Assembly (NCBI GenBank): GCA_963809135.1
Contig: CAWEIG010000007.1
Span: 165,805 to 229,804, forward strand
Direction: 5' to 3'
Length of the DNA stretch: 64,000 bases
Origin: an uncultured Actinomycetes bacterium
Lineage (GTDB): Bacteria > Actinomycetota > Actinomycetes > Acidothermales > Acidothermaceae
A program made the position numbers and the translations under genes. Positions within the stretch are counted from its first letter, which is position 1. Every line of letters begins with the position of its first letter. The notes below the pieces were generated by a model. That model was given only the letters and a program-made list of their open reading frames with translations. It searched no databases and was not told where the DNA came from. Of this stretch, positions 43,285-52,525 are shown one piece after another.

Positions 43285-44248
43285 GGCGCTCGCCCTCGAC
43301 ACCCGCTCGCACGATCTCGAGCGAGCGCGCAAGGTCGGCCGGGTACTCGCTGGAAAACTCCATCCAGCGGCCGGTGGTCGGATGCGCGAAAGCAAGACGC
43401 GCCGCGTGTAGCCACTGCCGGGTCAGCCCGAGCTTGGCGGCCAACGTCGGATCGGCCCCGTACGCAAGGTCGCCCACGCACGGATGCCGCAACGCCGCCA
43501 TATGCACTCGGATCTGATGCGTGCGGCCGGTCTCGAGTTTGATCTCGAGCAGGCTCGCCATCGCGTGAGCTTCGAGCGTCTCGTAGTGCGTGATGCTCGG
43601 CTTGCCGTCGGCAACGACGGCGAACTTGTAGTCGTGCACGGGGTGGCGATCGATCGGTGCGTCGATCGTGCCGCGAGCTGGGTCGGGATGTCCTTGCACG
43701 AGCGCGTGGTAGGTCTTGTCGACGGTCCGGTCGCGAAACGCCTGCTTCAGCGCGGTGTACGCCGCCTCACTTTTCGCCACCGCCATCAACCCGCTGGTGC
43801 CAACGTCGAGACGATGCACGACGCCCTGACGCTCCTCGGCACCCGAGGTCGAAACCCGGTATCCCGCAGCGACGAGTGCGCCGACGACGGTCGGGCCGTC
43901 CCACCCGGGACTCGGGTGAGCGGCAACACCGACGGGCTTGTCGACCACCACAATGTCGTCATCGTCGTACACGATCGCCATGTCGGCGACCGGGGTCGAC
44001 ACGATCGCCGGACCAACGGCGGCAACCACGGGAAGTTCGACCTGCAACCACGAGCCGGCGGCAACACGATCGGATTTCACCGGCACCGCGCCGTCCAACT
44101 GCACTCTGCCCTGACCGATCAACTCGACCGCGCGCGTCCGCGAGAAGCCGAACAGCCGCGCTAGCGCCGCATCGAGGCGCTCACCGTCGAGTCCCTCGGG
44201 CACTTCCAAAGTGCGCAGAACTCCCTGATCGGACGCCGCGGGGCTCAC
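43271..44248 (-). CDS. rluD: RluA/RluD-family 23S rRNA pseudouridine synthase
   Basis: S4 domain ([23 protein letters not shown]) and catalytic [11 protein letters not shown]. The GTG at 44248 forms a GTGA overlap with the lspA stop. Confidence 0.88.
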   Translation of the reverse strand: MSPAASDQGVLRTLEVPEGLDGERLDAALARLFGFSRTRAVELIGQGRVQLDGAVPVKSDRVAAGSWLQVELPVVAAVGPAIVSTPVADMAIVYDDDDIVVVDKPVGVAAHPSPGWDGPTVVGALVAAGYRVSTSGAEERQGVVHRLDVGTSGLMAVAKSEAAYTALKQAFRDRTVDKTYHALVQGHPDPARGTIDAPIDRHPVHDYKFAVVADGKPSITHYETLEAHAMASLLEIKLETGRTHQIRVHMAALRHPCVGDLAYGADPTLAAKLGLTRQWLHAARLAFAHPTTGRWMEFSSEYPADLARSLEIVRAGVEGERRAHS

Positions 44249-44925
44249 GAGTCGGACTCGTCGGGGAGCACCGGGCTGGCCTGGGCTGAACGACGACGGT
44301 CGGCGCGACTTGACCGTGCCACCGTTCCGTCGAGCTGGCGACCGGCCAGCGCCAGCAACACGGCGAGTACGCCGCCAACGCTGATGGCCGAGTCGGACAG
44401 GTTGAACACCGCGAAGTGCGGAAGTTGGATCCAGTCGACGACGTGACCGCGCAGGACCCCAGGCGAGCGCAGTAGGCGATCGATCAGGTTGCCAGTGGCG
44501 CCGCCGAGCAGCAGTCCGAGCACGATCGCCCACGGAGTGCTGAAGAGTCGCCTGGCCGTGCGCAAGATCACCAAGATGACGGCGATGGCGACGATCCCGA
44601 ACACGTAGGTAGCACCGGTGCCGATGCTGAAGGCGGCGCCGGCGTTGCGGGTGTAGTCGAGTGTCAGGAACCCGTGCAAAAGGCGCACCGGCGGCCGATC
44701 AGACAGCGTCGCGACCACGATGATCTTCGAGACGACGTCGGCGGCGAGCACGAAAGCGGCAACTGCGAACAGGACGCCGAGATGTCGCCGCCGCGGGATT
44801 CCGGTCTCCGATGAGACGCCGGTCTGAGCCCGATGCCGCCCCGGCGCTGCCTCTACACGTGGCTCCGCGCTCGTCCCTCGCGCTTCGCCTTCGTCACGGT
44901 ATTGACTGGTCCGACTCGGCTCCAC
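44245..44925 (-). CDS. lspA: Lipoprotein signal peptidase II (minimum extent; the start lies within the 57-bp repeat array)
   Basis: The core has [18 protein letters not shown] and [11 protein letters not shown]...[16 protein letters not shown]. The nearest in-frame start upstream of TM1 is the GTG at 44925, inside repeat copy 2. The ORF stays open to 45168. Confidence 0.85.
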   Translation of the reverse strand: MEPSRTSQYRDEGEARGTSAEPRVEAAPGRHRAQTGVSSETGIPRRRHLGVLFAVAAFVLAADVVSKIIVVATLSDRPPVRLLHGFLTLDYTRNAGAAFSIGTGATYVFGIVAIAVILVILRTARRLFSTPWAIVLGLLLGGATGNLIDRLLRSPGVLRGHVVDWIQLPHFAVFNLSDSAISVGGVLAVLLALAGRQLDGTVARSSRADRRRSAQASPVLPDESDS

Positions 44926-45066
44926 GCTCGTCCCTCGCGCTTCGCCTTCGTCACGGTATTGACTGGTCCGACTCGGCTCCACGCTCGTCCCTCGCGCTTC
45001 GCCTTCGTCACGGTATTGACTGGTCCGACTCGGCTCCACGCTCGTCCCTCGCGCTTCGCCTTCGTC
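44861..45066. repeat. 57-bp tandem repeat, about 3.6 copies (copies 2-4 identical, copy 1 with one substitution)
   Basis: The unit GGCTCCACGCTCGTCCCTCGCGCTTCGCCTTCGTCACGGTATTGACTGGTCCGACTC starts at 44861, 44918, 44975 and 45032. It encodes [19 protein letters not shown] in the lspA frame. Confidence 0.95.
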
Positions 45067-45068
45067 GT

Positions 45069-45527
45069 CTAGCGACGTTCCTCGCGTTGTTTGCATGACA
45101 CACACAGCGTCGCACGAGGGTTGGCTTGAAGTCGAAGCTTGCCGATCGGGTTCCCGCAGTTCTCGCACCGGCCGTAGGTGCCCGCGTCGATACGCGCCAG
45201 CGCGTGCTCGGTCTGAACCAGCAGGTCGCGGGCGTTGTTCGCCAGCGACATCTCGTGCTCGCGTTCGAACGTCTTGGTGCCCGCGTCGGCCTGGTCGTCG
45301 CCAGCTCCGTCGCCGCCATCCCTTAGCCGGTCGGCGAGTTCGGTCTCGGAGTTCGAGATCTCACCGCGAAGCCGTTGCGCTTCGGACTCGAGTTCGATCC
45401 GGATGGCGGTCAGCTCGCGCTTGGTCCACGGGTCATCGGGGACGACGGGAGGCGGGGGCGGCGGTGGGGGTGGCGGGTTTTGGCAACGCGCGGGGCGGGG
45501 CTGGTGGGGCGACGGGGGGCGCGGCAA
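45069..45527 (-). CDS. DksA/TraR C4 zinc-finger domain protein (possibly the C-terminal part of a fused DdbA-like gene)
   Basis: Coiled-coil TKRELTAIRIELESEAQRLRGE followed by the zinc finger CENCGNPIGKLRLQANPRATLCVSCK. The only candidate start is a TTG at 45527, inside the upstream ORF. Confidence 0.8.
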   Translation of the reverse strand: MPRPPSPHQPRPARCQNPPPPPPPPPPVVPDDPWTKRELTAIRIELESEAQRLRGEISNSETELADRLRDGGDGAGDDQADAGTKTFEREHEMSLANNARDLLVQTEHALARIDAGTYGRCENCGNPIGKLRLQANPRATLCVSCKQREERR

Positions 45528-46452
45528 CTACCGGCGGGGCGGGTGGAGCAGCTGCCTTGGCCGCGCCCTTGACCGGCTTGCCCGCGGCCTTGACGGGAGT
45601 CTTGATCGGCCCGGGCGACGAAATGACCGGTGCCGGGCTTTCCGCGGTCGCGGCGCTCTTGACCGGGGTTACAGGCGCTGCCTTTGCGGGCTGGACGGCC
45701 TTGCCGGCAGGTGCGGTCGCCGGGACCTTGGCCGCGGCCGCCTTCTTGGCGGGCGCAGCTTGACGGACCGGCGGCGCGGCCGGTGCGGCCTTCTTGGCTG
45801 GTACCGCCTTCGCGGGCGTTGCCTTGGCGGGCGCAGCCTTGGTTGGCGCGGCCTTCTTCGGCGGGGTGACCTTGCGAGCCAGCGGGGCCTTCTTGGCGGG
45901 CGCAGCCTTGCGAGCGGGCACCACCTTGCGGGCCGGCGCGGCCTTCTTGACCGGGACAGCCTTCTTGGTCGGCGCAGCCTTCGCGGGCGCCGCCTTCTTC
46001 ACCGCGGCAACCTTGCGCGCCGGCGCCACCTTGCGGGCCGGCACGGCTTTCTTGGCCGGCACGGCTTTCTTGCCGCACGGTTCTTCCGGCACGGCCTTCT
46101 TGGCAGCCGCGACCTTCTTCACAACCACAGACTTCGAGGCGGCCTTCTTCGCCGGGACAGCTTTCTTGGCGGGAGCGGCCTTCTTGGCCGTTGGCACTTT
46201 CTTCACAGGTACAGCCTTCACGGGTACAGCCTTCTTCGGCGGTGCGACCTTCTTGGCCGGCACCGCATTCTTTACGGGTGCCTTGCGCGCTGACGCCGCG
46301 CCCCTCGCTGCCGCGGCAGCAGAACCACGGACTTGCGCCTTCTTTGCCACCTTTTGGGGCGCGGTGGGCTTCGCGGGCGCTTTCTTGGCAGGTCGGCTGA
46401 CGGCCCTGGACGCGACCGCCGACGACCGGCTCGCGGCGCGCTGTGCTGCCAT
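45433..46452 (-). CDS. Lys/Ala/Pro-rich histone H1-like repeat protein (AKKA/PAKK repeats)
   Basis: 339-aa ORF dominated by KKAVPAKKAAPA-type repeats. It ends in a Pro-rich stretch that overlaps the DksA/TraR ORF by 95 nt in another frame. Confidence 0.7.
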   Translation of the reverse strand: MAAQRAASRSSAVASRAVSRPAKKAPAKPTAPQKVAKKAQVRGSAAAAARGAASARKAPVKNAVPAKKVAPPKKAVPVKAVPVKKVPTAKKAAPAKKAVPAKKAASKSVVVKKVAAAKKAVPEEPCGKKAVPAKKAVPARKVAPARKVAAVKKAAPAKAAPTKKAVPVKKAAPARKVVPARKAAPAKKAPLARKVTPPKKAAPTKAAPAKATPAKAVPAKKAAPAAPPVRQAAPAKKAAAAKVPATAPAGKAVQPAKAAPVTPVKSAATAESPAPVISSPGPIKTPVKAAGKPVKGAAKAAAPPAPPVVAAPPVAPPAPPRALPKPATPTAAPASRRPR

Positions 46453-46768
46453 CTCAAAAGGGCCTTTCGATCGCTCGCGATCATGATCGCCGACCAGGTC
46501 AGGCGAGGATAGGTGCCGCTTCGCCCAGCGGCAAACAGGCGCGCCGCCCGTTTCGCGCCAGTCGTGCCCGATAACTGGCGTTCATGTTGATATGCCCGAT
46601 TCAGCGCAGCGCGAAGTCGGGCTCGGCGAGCCGAATTCAGCACGGAATTGCGGTCGGCCTAGGGTTTCGCGCGTGACCCGCGACCATGGCCAACTCCGAC
46701 ACCCTGGCCAACCTGGACATCCGGGCCATCTCGGATTCCGCCTGGACACCGGCGGGCCGATCACGACG

Positions 46769-47371
46769 GTGGTCTTCGACCTCGGGGCGGTCCTGATCGA
46801 ATGGGATCCCCGGCACATGTATCGCTCGCTGTTTGCTGACGAGGTCGCGATGGAAAACTTCCTCTCGACCGTCACGACCCCGGAGTGGAATCACGAACAA
46901 GACCGGGGCCGGACGCTGGCGGAAGCCACCGCGATCCTGGTCGCCAAGCACCCCGAGCACGCCGAGCTGATCAAGGCCTACTACGGCCGGTGGGACGAGA
47001 TGCTTGGCGAACCGATCGCCGGCACCGTCGAGATCGCGCGACAACTGAAAGCACGCGGTGTGCGACTGCTGGCGTTGACGAACTGGTCGGCCGAGACGTT
47101 CCCGCGGGCACGTCATCGCATGACGTTCCTCGACGACTTCGACGCCGTGCTCGTGTCGGGCACCGTGGGTCTTGTGAAGCCGGATCCGGCGATTTATCAC
47201 CTGTTGGTCGAGCGCCACGATCTCGACGTCAGCCAGAGCATTTTCGTCGACGACTCGCTGCGCAATGTCGAAGCGGCAGCGAGCTTGGGATTCGATGCCA
47301 TCCAGTTCCGGTCACCCGAGCAGCTCGCCGACGAGCTACGACAGCGCGGGATGCTCGCTCCCCTAGACTGA
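46769..47371 (+). CDS. HAD-superfamily hydrolase (start uncertain; in-frame candidates at 46592, 46672 and 46769)
   Basis: Motif I VVFDLGAVL, motif II LTNWS, and the motif III/IV region KPDPAIY...FVDDS. Confidence 0.75.
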   Translation: MVFDLGAVLIEWDPRHMYRSLFADEVAMENFLSTVTTPEWNHEQDRGRTLAEATAILVAKHPEHAELIKAYYGRWDEMLGEPIAGTVEIARQLKARGVRLLALTNWSAETFPRARHRMTFLDDFDAVLVSGTVGLVKPDPAIYHLLVERHDLDVSQSIFVDDSLRNVEAAASLGFDAIQFRSPEQLADELRQRGMLAPLD

Positions 47372-47378
47372 CGCTTCG

Positions 47379-50300
47379 ATGTTCACCCCGATGCCCAACC
47401 AGGTCGACCTGCCCGCGCTCGAGCACGAGGTGCTGCGCCGATGGCGGGATTCGAAGGTTTTCGAGCGTTCGCTGGCGGCAACCCAGGGTCGACCGCAGTG
47501 GACCTTCTACGAAGGTCCACCGACTGCCAACGGGATGCCCGGCACCCACCATGTCGAGGCCCGGGTCTTCAAAGACCTCTTCCCCCGCTTCAAGACGATG
47601 AAGGGCTACCACGTCCCGCGTAAAGCGGGCTGGGACTGCCACGGCCTGCCCGTCGAGCTCGCCGTCGAGAAAGAACTCGGCTTCAACGGCAAGCAGGACA
47701 TCGAGGCCTACGGCATCGCCGAGTTCAACGCGAAATGCCGGACGTCGGTCGAGCGGCACGTCGATGCGTTCGAGCGCCTCACCGAGCGCATGGGCTATTG
47801 GGTCGACATGTCGCAGGCCTACCGCACGATGGACCCGAGTTACATCGAGAGCGTGTGGTGGTCCCTCAAGACCGTCTTCGACAAAGGTCTCTTGGTTTCG
47901 GACTATCGCGTCGCGCCGTACTGCCCGCGATGTGGCACGCCGCTGTCCGACCACGAGGTGTCGCTCGGTTACCTCGACGTCACCGACCCGAGCGTCTTCG
48001 TCAGGTTCCCCGTGACGTCGGGTCCGTTCGCGGGGCAGGCGGACCTGCTCGTATGGACCACGACGCCGTGGACGCTCGTCAGCAACACCGCCGTCGCCGT
48101 GCATCCCGACGTCCAGTACGACGTCGTGAGTCTGTCCGCGACAGACGATGCGCCGGCCGACCGGTTCGTGATCGCGCACCCACTTGTCGAGAAGGTCGTA
48201 GGGGATCGACCGCATGAGGTGCTGCGCAGCTTCACCGGGCGCGAGCTCGAGCACTGGTCCTACCAGCGACCGTTCGACCTCGTCGACTTCGACGGTGAAC
48301 GCGCGCACTACGTCGTCCTCGCTGATTACGTCACGACGGAAGACGGCACCGGTCTCGTGCACCAGGCACCCGCGTTCGGAGCCGACGACCTCGCCGTGAG
48401 CCGCGCCTACAAACTGCCGGTCGTGAACCCGGTACGGCCCGACGGCACGTTCGACGAATCGTTGCCACTTGTGGGCGGGATGTTCTTCAAAGCGGCCGAC
48501 AAACCGCTGGTCGCCGATCTTCGCGAACGCGGCCTGCTGTTCCGACTGACACCCTACGAACACAGCTACCCGCACTGCTGGCGCTGCGACACCGCGTTGC
48601 TGTACTACGCGTTGCCGAGCTGGTACATCCGCACCACCGCGATCAAAGACGAACTGCTTCGCGAGAATGAGACGACGACGTGGTACCCCGAGACCATCAA
48701 GCACGGCCGGTATGGCGATTGGCTGCGCAACAACATCGACTGGGCCCTGTCGCGCAACAGGTATTGGGGCACGCCGCTTCCCTTGTGGCGTTGTGAGAAC
48801 GGCCACCTGACCTGTGTTGCGTCGCGTGCCGAGCTTGCCGAACTCGCGGGCCGTGATCTCTCTGAGCTTGATCCGCATCGTCCCTACGTCGACGAGGTCA
48901 CTTTTACGTGTGCCGACTGCGGTATGGAAAAGACGCGGGTGCCAGAAGTCATCGACGGGTGGTACGACTCGGGTGCGATGCCGTTCGCACAATTCGGCTA
49001 TCCGCATGTCGCCAGCGAGGAGTTCACCGACTCCTATCCGGCGGATTTCATCGCCGAAGCCATCGACCAGACCCGTGGCTGGTTCTACACGTTGATGGCG
49101 GTCGGCACCTTGGTGTTCGACCAGTCGAGCTATCGAACCGTCCTGTGCCTTGGTCACATCCTCGCCGAGGACGGCCGCAAGATGAGCAAGCATCTGGGCA
49201 ACATCCTCGAGCCGATGGCGTTGATGGATAAGCACGGCGCCGACGCGTTGCGCTGGTACATGGTGGCCGGCGGCTCGCCCTGGTCGGCGCGTCGCATCGG
49301 CGATGAGGTACTCGAGGACGTCGTCCGCAAGGTGCTGCTCACCTACTGGAACACCACAGCGTTCTTCGTGCTCTACGCCAACGCGAGCGACTGGACGCCC
49401 GGCACCACGCCTGCCCCAGAACTCGCCGACCGGCCGTTGCTCGACCGTTGGGCGATCTCCGAACTGCATGCCACCGTGCAAGAGGTCGACAGCGCCCTCG
49501 ACGACTTCGACTCGGCTCGCGCGGGCAGGCGGCTCGCGCGGTTCATCGACGATCTGTCGAACTGGTACGTCCGGCGGTCACGCAGACGATTCTGGGACGG
49601 CGATGTGTCGGCGCTGTCGACATTGCACGAGTGCCTCGAGGTACTCACACGCCTGATGGCTCCGTTCACGCCGTTCGTGACCGAAGAAGTGCACCGCCGG
49701 ATCGTGACCGAGGTCTTCACCGACCTGCCCGACTCGGTGCACCTTCGCGACTGGCCCAAGGTCGACGGCAACCTCGTAGACGCGAAGTTGGGCGACCAGA
49801 TGACGCTGGTTCGCCGGCTCGTCGAGCTCGGCCGCTCTGCCCGTGCGGAATCGAAGATGCGGACAAGGCAACCGCTGGCCCGCGCGCTCGTCCACGCGCC
49901 CGGATGGCGCGACCTCCCAGCCGAGCTCCGGGATCAGGTGATCGACGAGCTCAACGTGCGCGAGGTCGTCTCCGACGACGACGTTGGATCGCTGGCCGTC
50001 GTCGAGACCGTGGTGAAGCCGAACTTCCGGGCGCTCGGCAAGCGCTTCGGCAACCAGACCCAGGCAGTCGCGAGTGCAGTGACAGCCGCCGATGCGACAC
50101 AACTCGCCGCGGCACTGACCGCCACCGGGACGGCGTCCGTCGTTGTCGGTGGTTCGGCACTCGAGCTTTCCAGCGATGAGTTGATCGTCACCGAGATCCC
50201 CACCCTCGGTTGGGCAGTCGCGAGCGACGCAGGCCTGACTGTGGCGCTCGATCTGGAGTTGAACGACGAGCTGCTCGGCGCGGGCCTCGCGCGCGAGGTG

Positions 50301-50537
50301 ATCAGGTTCGCCCAGGAGACCCGGAAGACGAGCGGGCTTGAGATCAGCGACCGCATTGAGGTCTGGTGGGAAGCCGACGACGAGCCGCTGCTGTCGGCGA
50401 TGCGTGGTCAGCGACCGCTGATCGCGGGCGAGATCCTGGCGGTGACCTTCACCGAAGGCAGGCCAAGCGCCGACATCACCCCTCACCGCGACGCCGAGCT
50501 CGGCCTCACCATGTGGATGCGCGTCGCCGGCGGCTGA
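47379..50537 (+). CDS. ileS: Isoleucine--tRNA ligase (type 2, about 1050 aa)
   Basis: 1052 aa with FYEGPPTANGMPGTHHV (HIGH), KMSKHLGN (KMSKS) and a CP1 editing domain. The frame is uninterrupted. Confidence 0.97.
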   Translation: MFTPMPNQVDLPALEHEVLRRWRDSKVFERSLAATQGRPQWTFYEGPPTANGMPGTHHVEARVFKDLFPRFKTMKGYHVPRKAGWDCHGLPVELAVEKELGFNGKQDIEAYGIAEFNAKCRTSVERHVDAFERLTERMGYWVDMSQAYRTMDPSYIESVWWSLKTVFDKGLLVSDYRVAPYCPRCGTPLSDHEVSLGYLDVTDPSVFVRFPVTSGPFAGQADLLVWTTTPWTLVSNTAVAVHPDVQYDVVSLSATDDAPADRFVIAHPLVEKVVGDRPHEVLRSFTGRELEHWSYQRPFDLVDFDGERAHYVVLADYVTTEDGTGLVHQAPAFGADDLAVSRAYKLPVVNPVRPDGTFDESLPLVGGMFFKAADKPLVADLRERGLLFRLTPYEHSYPHCWRCDTALLYYALPSWYIRTTAIKDELLRENETTTWYPETIKHGRYGDWLRNNIDWALSRNRYWGTPLPLWRCENGHLTCVASRAELAELAGRDLSELDPHRPYVDEVTFTCADCGMEKTRVPEVIDGWYDSGAMPFAQFGYPHVASEEFTDSYPADFIAEAIDQTRGWFYTLMAVGTLVFDQSSYRTVLCLGHILAEDGRKMSKHLGNILEPMALMDKHGADALRWYMVAGGSPWSARRIGDEVLEDVVRKVLLTYWNTTAFFVLYANASDWTPGTTPAPELADRPLLDRWAISELHATVQEVDSALDDFDSARAGRRLARFIDDLSNWYVRRSRRRFWDGDVSALSTLHECLEVLTRLMAPFTPFVTEEVHRRIVTEVFTDLPDSVHLRDWPKVDGNLVDAKLGDQMTLVRRLVELGRSARAESKMRTRQPLARALVHAPGWRDLPAELRDQVIDELNVREVVSDDDVGSLAVVETVVKPNFRALGKRFGNQTQAVASAVTAADATQLAAALTATGTASVVVGGSALELSSDELIVTEIPTLGWAVASDAGLTVALDLELNDELLGAGLAREVIRFAQETRKTSGLEISDRIEVWWEADDEPLLSAMRGQRPLIAGEILAVTFTEGRPSADITPHRDAELGLTMWMRVAGG

Positions 50538-50734
50538 CCTGCCGGCTGCGCAAACGGGTGAAATCTGGGCAACGCACGCGTGGTCCGCGCGTACCAACGA
50601 CCAACCACCCGATCGGCGCAGTCAAGGTGAGGGGGTACATGAGCCGATTGACACATCGCGGCGGTAAATGGGTTGTCGGGCACACGTAAGGCACCGGTCG
50701 CCGTGATCGCTGGAGCGTGAAAGGGAGGCGGCAG

Positions 50735-51202
50735 ATGGCTGCGGCACCATATTTCGGTCAGCCGATGACAGCCGTGGCTTTGCGACCTGGCGTCGTGGCA
50801 GTGCCCGCGCTGGCGAGCCAGGTCAGACCCGCCCTGGTGCTCCCCGAGCGGGAGACCCGCGAGTTAATCGCCTCCGCACGCCTGTACGACGTCGGGCAGG
50901 GCGGGAACTTCGCTGCCGGTCCGGCCGGTATCCAGATCTGGAGCGGATCCTTCGACGGGCCTGGCGGTAGCCGCGGCCACGCCCTGCACCTGGGGTCGGT
51001 CGATTGGAGCTACAACACCCCGGTCAAGCACTACGCGACCATCTACCGGGCGATGGTGACCGCCGATGGGGTCGCTTTTGGAGAAACCACCGCCTCGATC
51101 CTGGCGCGCGTTCTGGCCCTGACCGGCCTGTCCCTCGACGGCACCCGCCTCACACTTGCGGTGCCACCAGCGCGCGACCCGTTCCGCCGGTCGCACGTCT
51201 GA
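50735..51202 (+). CDS. Hypothetical 155-aa protein (contains a TTA codon at 50864-50866)
   Basis: ATG at 50735 preceded by AAAGGGAGG. Third-position GC is high (roughly 80% by eye). I recognise no motif. Confidence 0.55.
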   Translation: MAAAPYFGQPMTAVALRPGVVAVPALASQVRPALVLPERETRELIASARLYDVGQGGNFAAGPAGIQIWSGSFDGPGGSRGHALHLGSVDWSYNTPVKHYATIYRAMVTADGVAFGETTASILARVLALTGLSLDGTRLTLAVPPARDPFRRSHV

Positions 51203-51234
51203 AGCAGGTCTGAAACCGGATCAGATCAGATCGC

Positions 51235-51429
51235 TCAGGAATAGCCCGACGGCCTTCGTCGCCATCGGATCGAGCTGATGATCACGGCGAGCAGCGCCGC
51301 GCCGGCAAACCCGATGGCCAGGTCGTAGAACAGGATCCGGCCCGTCAGGATGCCGACACCCATCGAGGCTGCGGCAACGAACACCGCAGCCCCACTGAGC
51401 TTGATCACGAGCATCGCGTTCACCAGCAC
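51235..51429 (-). CDS. Candidate small 2-TM membrane protein (64 aa)
   Basis: ORF directly downstream of divIVA with two hydrophobic helices and a basic C-terminus (RWRRRP). Confidence 0.35.
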   Translation of the reverse strand: MLVNAMLVIKLSGAAVFVAAASMGVGILTGRILFYDLAIGFAGAALLAVIISSIRWRRRPSGYS

Positions 51430-51438
51430 CGAGCAACG

Positions 51439-52464
51439 TCACCCATTGGACGACGGAACCTCCGGGCCTTCGTCAACTTCGAACCCTCCGCCGCTTGGCT
51501 GGCGCGGTGGGCCGCTCGGGCCTGACGACGGTGCGCCGCCGGGGGGCGGGGCGGACATCGGCGAGAAGGGACTAGGAGCACTGGGCGCACTGGGTGCGCT
51601 CGGTGGCCGGGGGGCCAGGGTTGGCGGGGTAGCCGGCGGGACGACGAATCCCGCGCTCGGTGCGGGCGGTGCTAACGGTGCAGGCACCGCCGGCGGGACC
51701 GATGCCCCGGCGTTGAAGCCACCGCCCGTCGCCGCACCCACACCCGCAGGCACGGGAGCCGCCGCAGGCCGCGGCGCGGTCGGCTGGACACCCTCGGCGC
51801 GACCGTCGAGGTCGCGCAACTGGCCCTCGAGGTAGGACTTCAGCCGCGCCCGATACTCACGCTCGAAGGATCGCAGTTCCTCGATCTTGCGCTCCAGCCG
51901 CTCCCGCTCGCCATCAAGGTTGCCCACGACGCTGCGGTGGCGTTCCTGCGTCTCGCGTTCGAGCTGGTCAGCTTTGGCGCGCGCCTCACTGAGCACCCGG
52001 TCGGCGTCGCGTTTGGCATCGGCAACCGTCTCTTCGGCGGTCTTCTGTGCCATGGCGAGCATCCGCATCGCGGCCTCTTGGGTGGCCTCGCTACTCGGCC
52101 CCGCCGGCACTACGGCGGCGGGGGGTGGCGGGGCGGCAGGGGGCGGAGCCGGTGGGAGGGGTGCGGGAGGTGCTAACGGCGCGGGCACCGCCGGCGGGAT
52201 CGTGAAGCTCGCGGGCGGGGCCTCCTGGAGGGGAGGCGCGGGTGGCGCTGGCGGAGCTGGCGGGACCGGGGCCGCACCTGGCTGCCGCGCTCCCTGCTCG
52301 GCTACCTGGAGGCGCGCGCGCAGGTCGGTGTTCTCGCGGTACAGACGCGTCAGCTCGGCTTCGACCTCGTCGAGGAAGTCGTCGACTTCCTTCTCGTCGT
52401 AGCCGCCCTTGAAGCGGGTGGGCGTGAATTGCTTGTTCTTCACGTCCTCAGCGGTCAGCGGCAT
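51439..52464 (-). CDS. divIVA: DivIVA/Wag31 polar growth and division protein with two Pro/Ala-rich linkers
   Basis: MPLTAEDVKNKQFTPTRFKGGYDEKEVDDFLDEVEAELTRL followed by coiled coils. Confidence 0.95.
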   Translation of the reverse strand: MPLTAEDVKNKQFTPTRFKGGYDEKEVDDFLDEVEAELTRLYRENTDLRARLQVAEQGARQPGAAPVPPAPPAPPAPPLQEAPPASFTIPPAVPAPLAPPAPLPPAPPPAAPPPPAAVVPAGPSSEATQEAAMRMLAMAQKTAEETVADAKRDADRVLSEARAKADQLERETQERHRSVVGNLDGERERLERKIEELRSFEREYRARLKSYLEGQLRDLDGRAEGVQPTAPRPAAAPVPAGVGAATGGGFNAGASVPPAVPAPLAPPAPSAGFVVPPATPPTLAPRPPSAPSAPSAPSPFSPMSAPPPGGAPSSGPSGPPRQPSGGGFEVDEGPEVPSSNG

Positions 52465-52525
52465 CGGGTCACCTCGGGGGTAGTTGGGTACGCGCCGGAC
52501 AAATCATAGGGAGTGGTAGGGAACG

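Noticed and set aside
44861-45066. Tandem repeats here, and at 10391-10481 and 60354-60458, considered as CRISPR arrays
   Set aside because: The units are directly adjacent with no unique spacers, and there are no cas genes. They are simple tandem duplications.
47229-49481. A 750-aa ORF antisense to ileS, with similar long antisense or alternative-frame ORFs elsewhere (for example 55053-56183 opposite ftsZ, 23312-24745 opposite the histidine kinase, 3213-4229 opposite livG, 32332-33657 opposite hisD, and 45235-46293 and 45794-46486 opposite the AKP-repeat gene)
   Set aside because: Stop codons are rare in about 70% GC DNA, so long shadow ORFs are expected. Their translations are Arg/Pro/Gly-rich with no motifs, and each overlaps a gene with unambiguous conserved motifs on the other strand.
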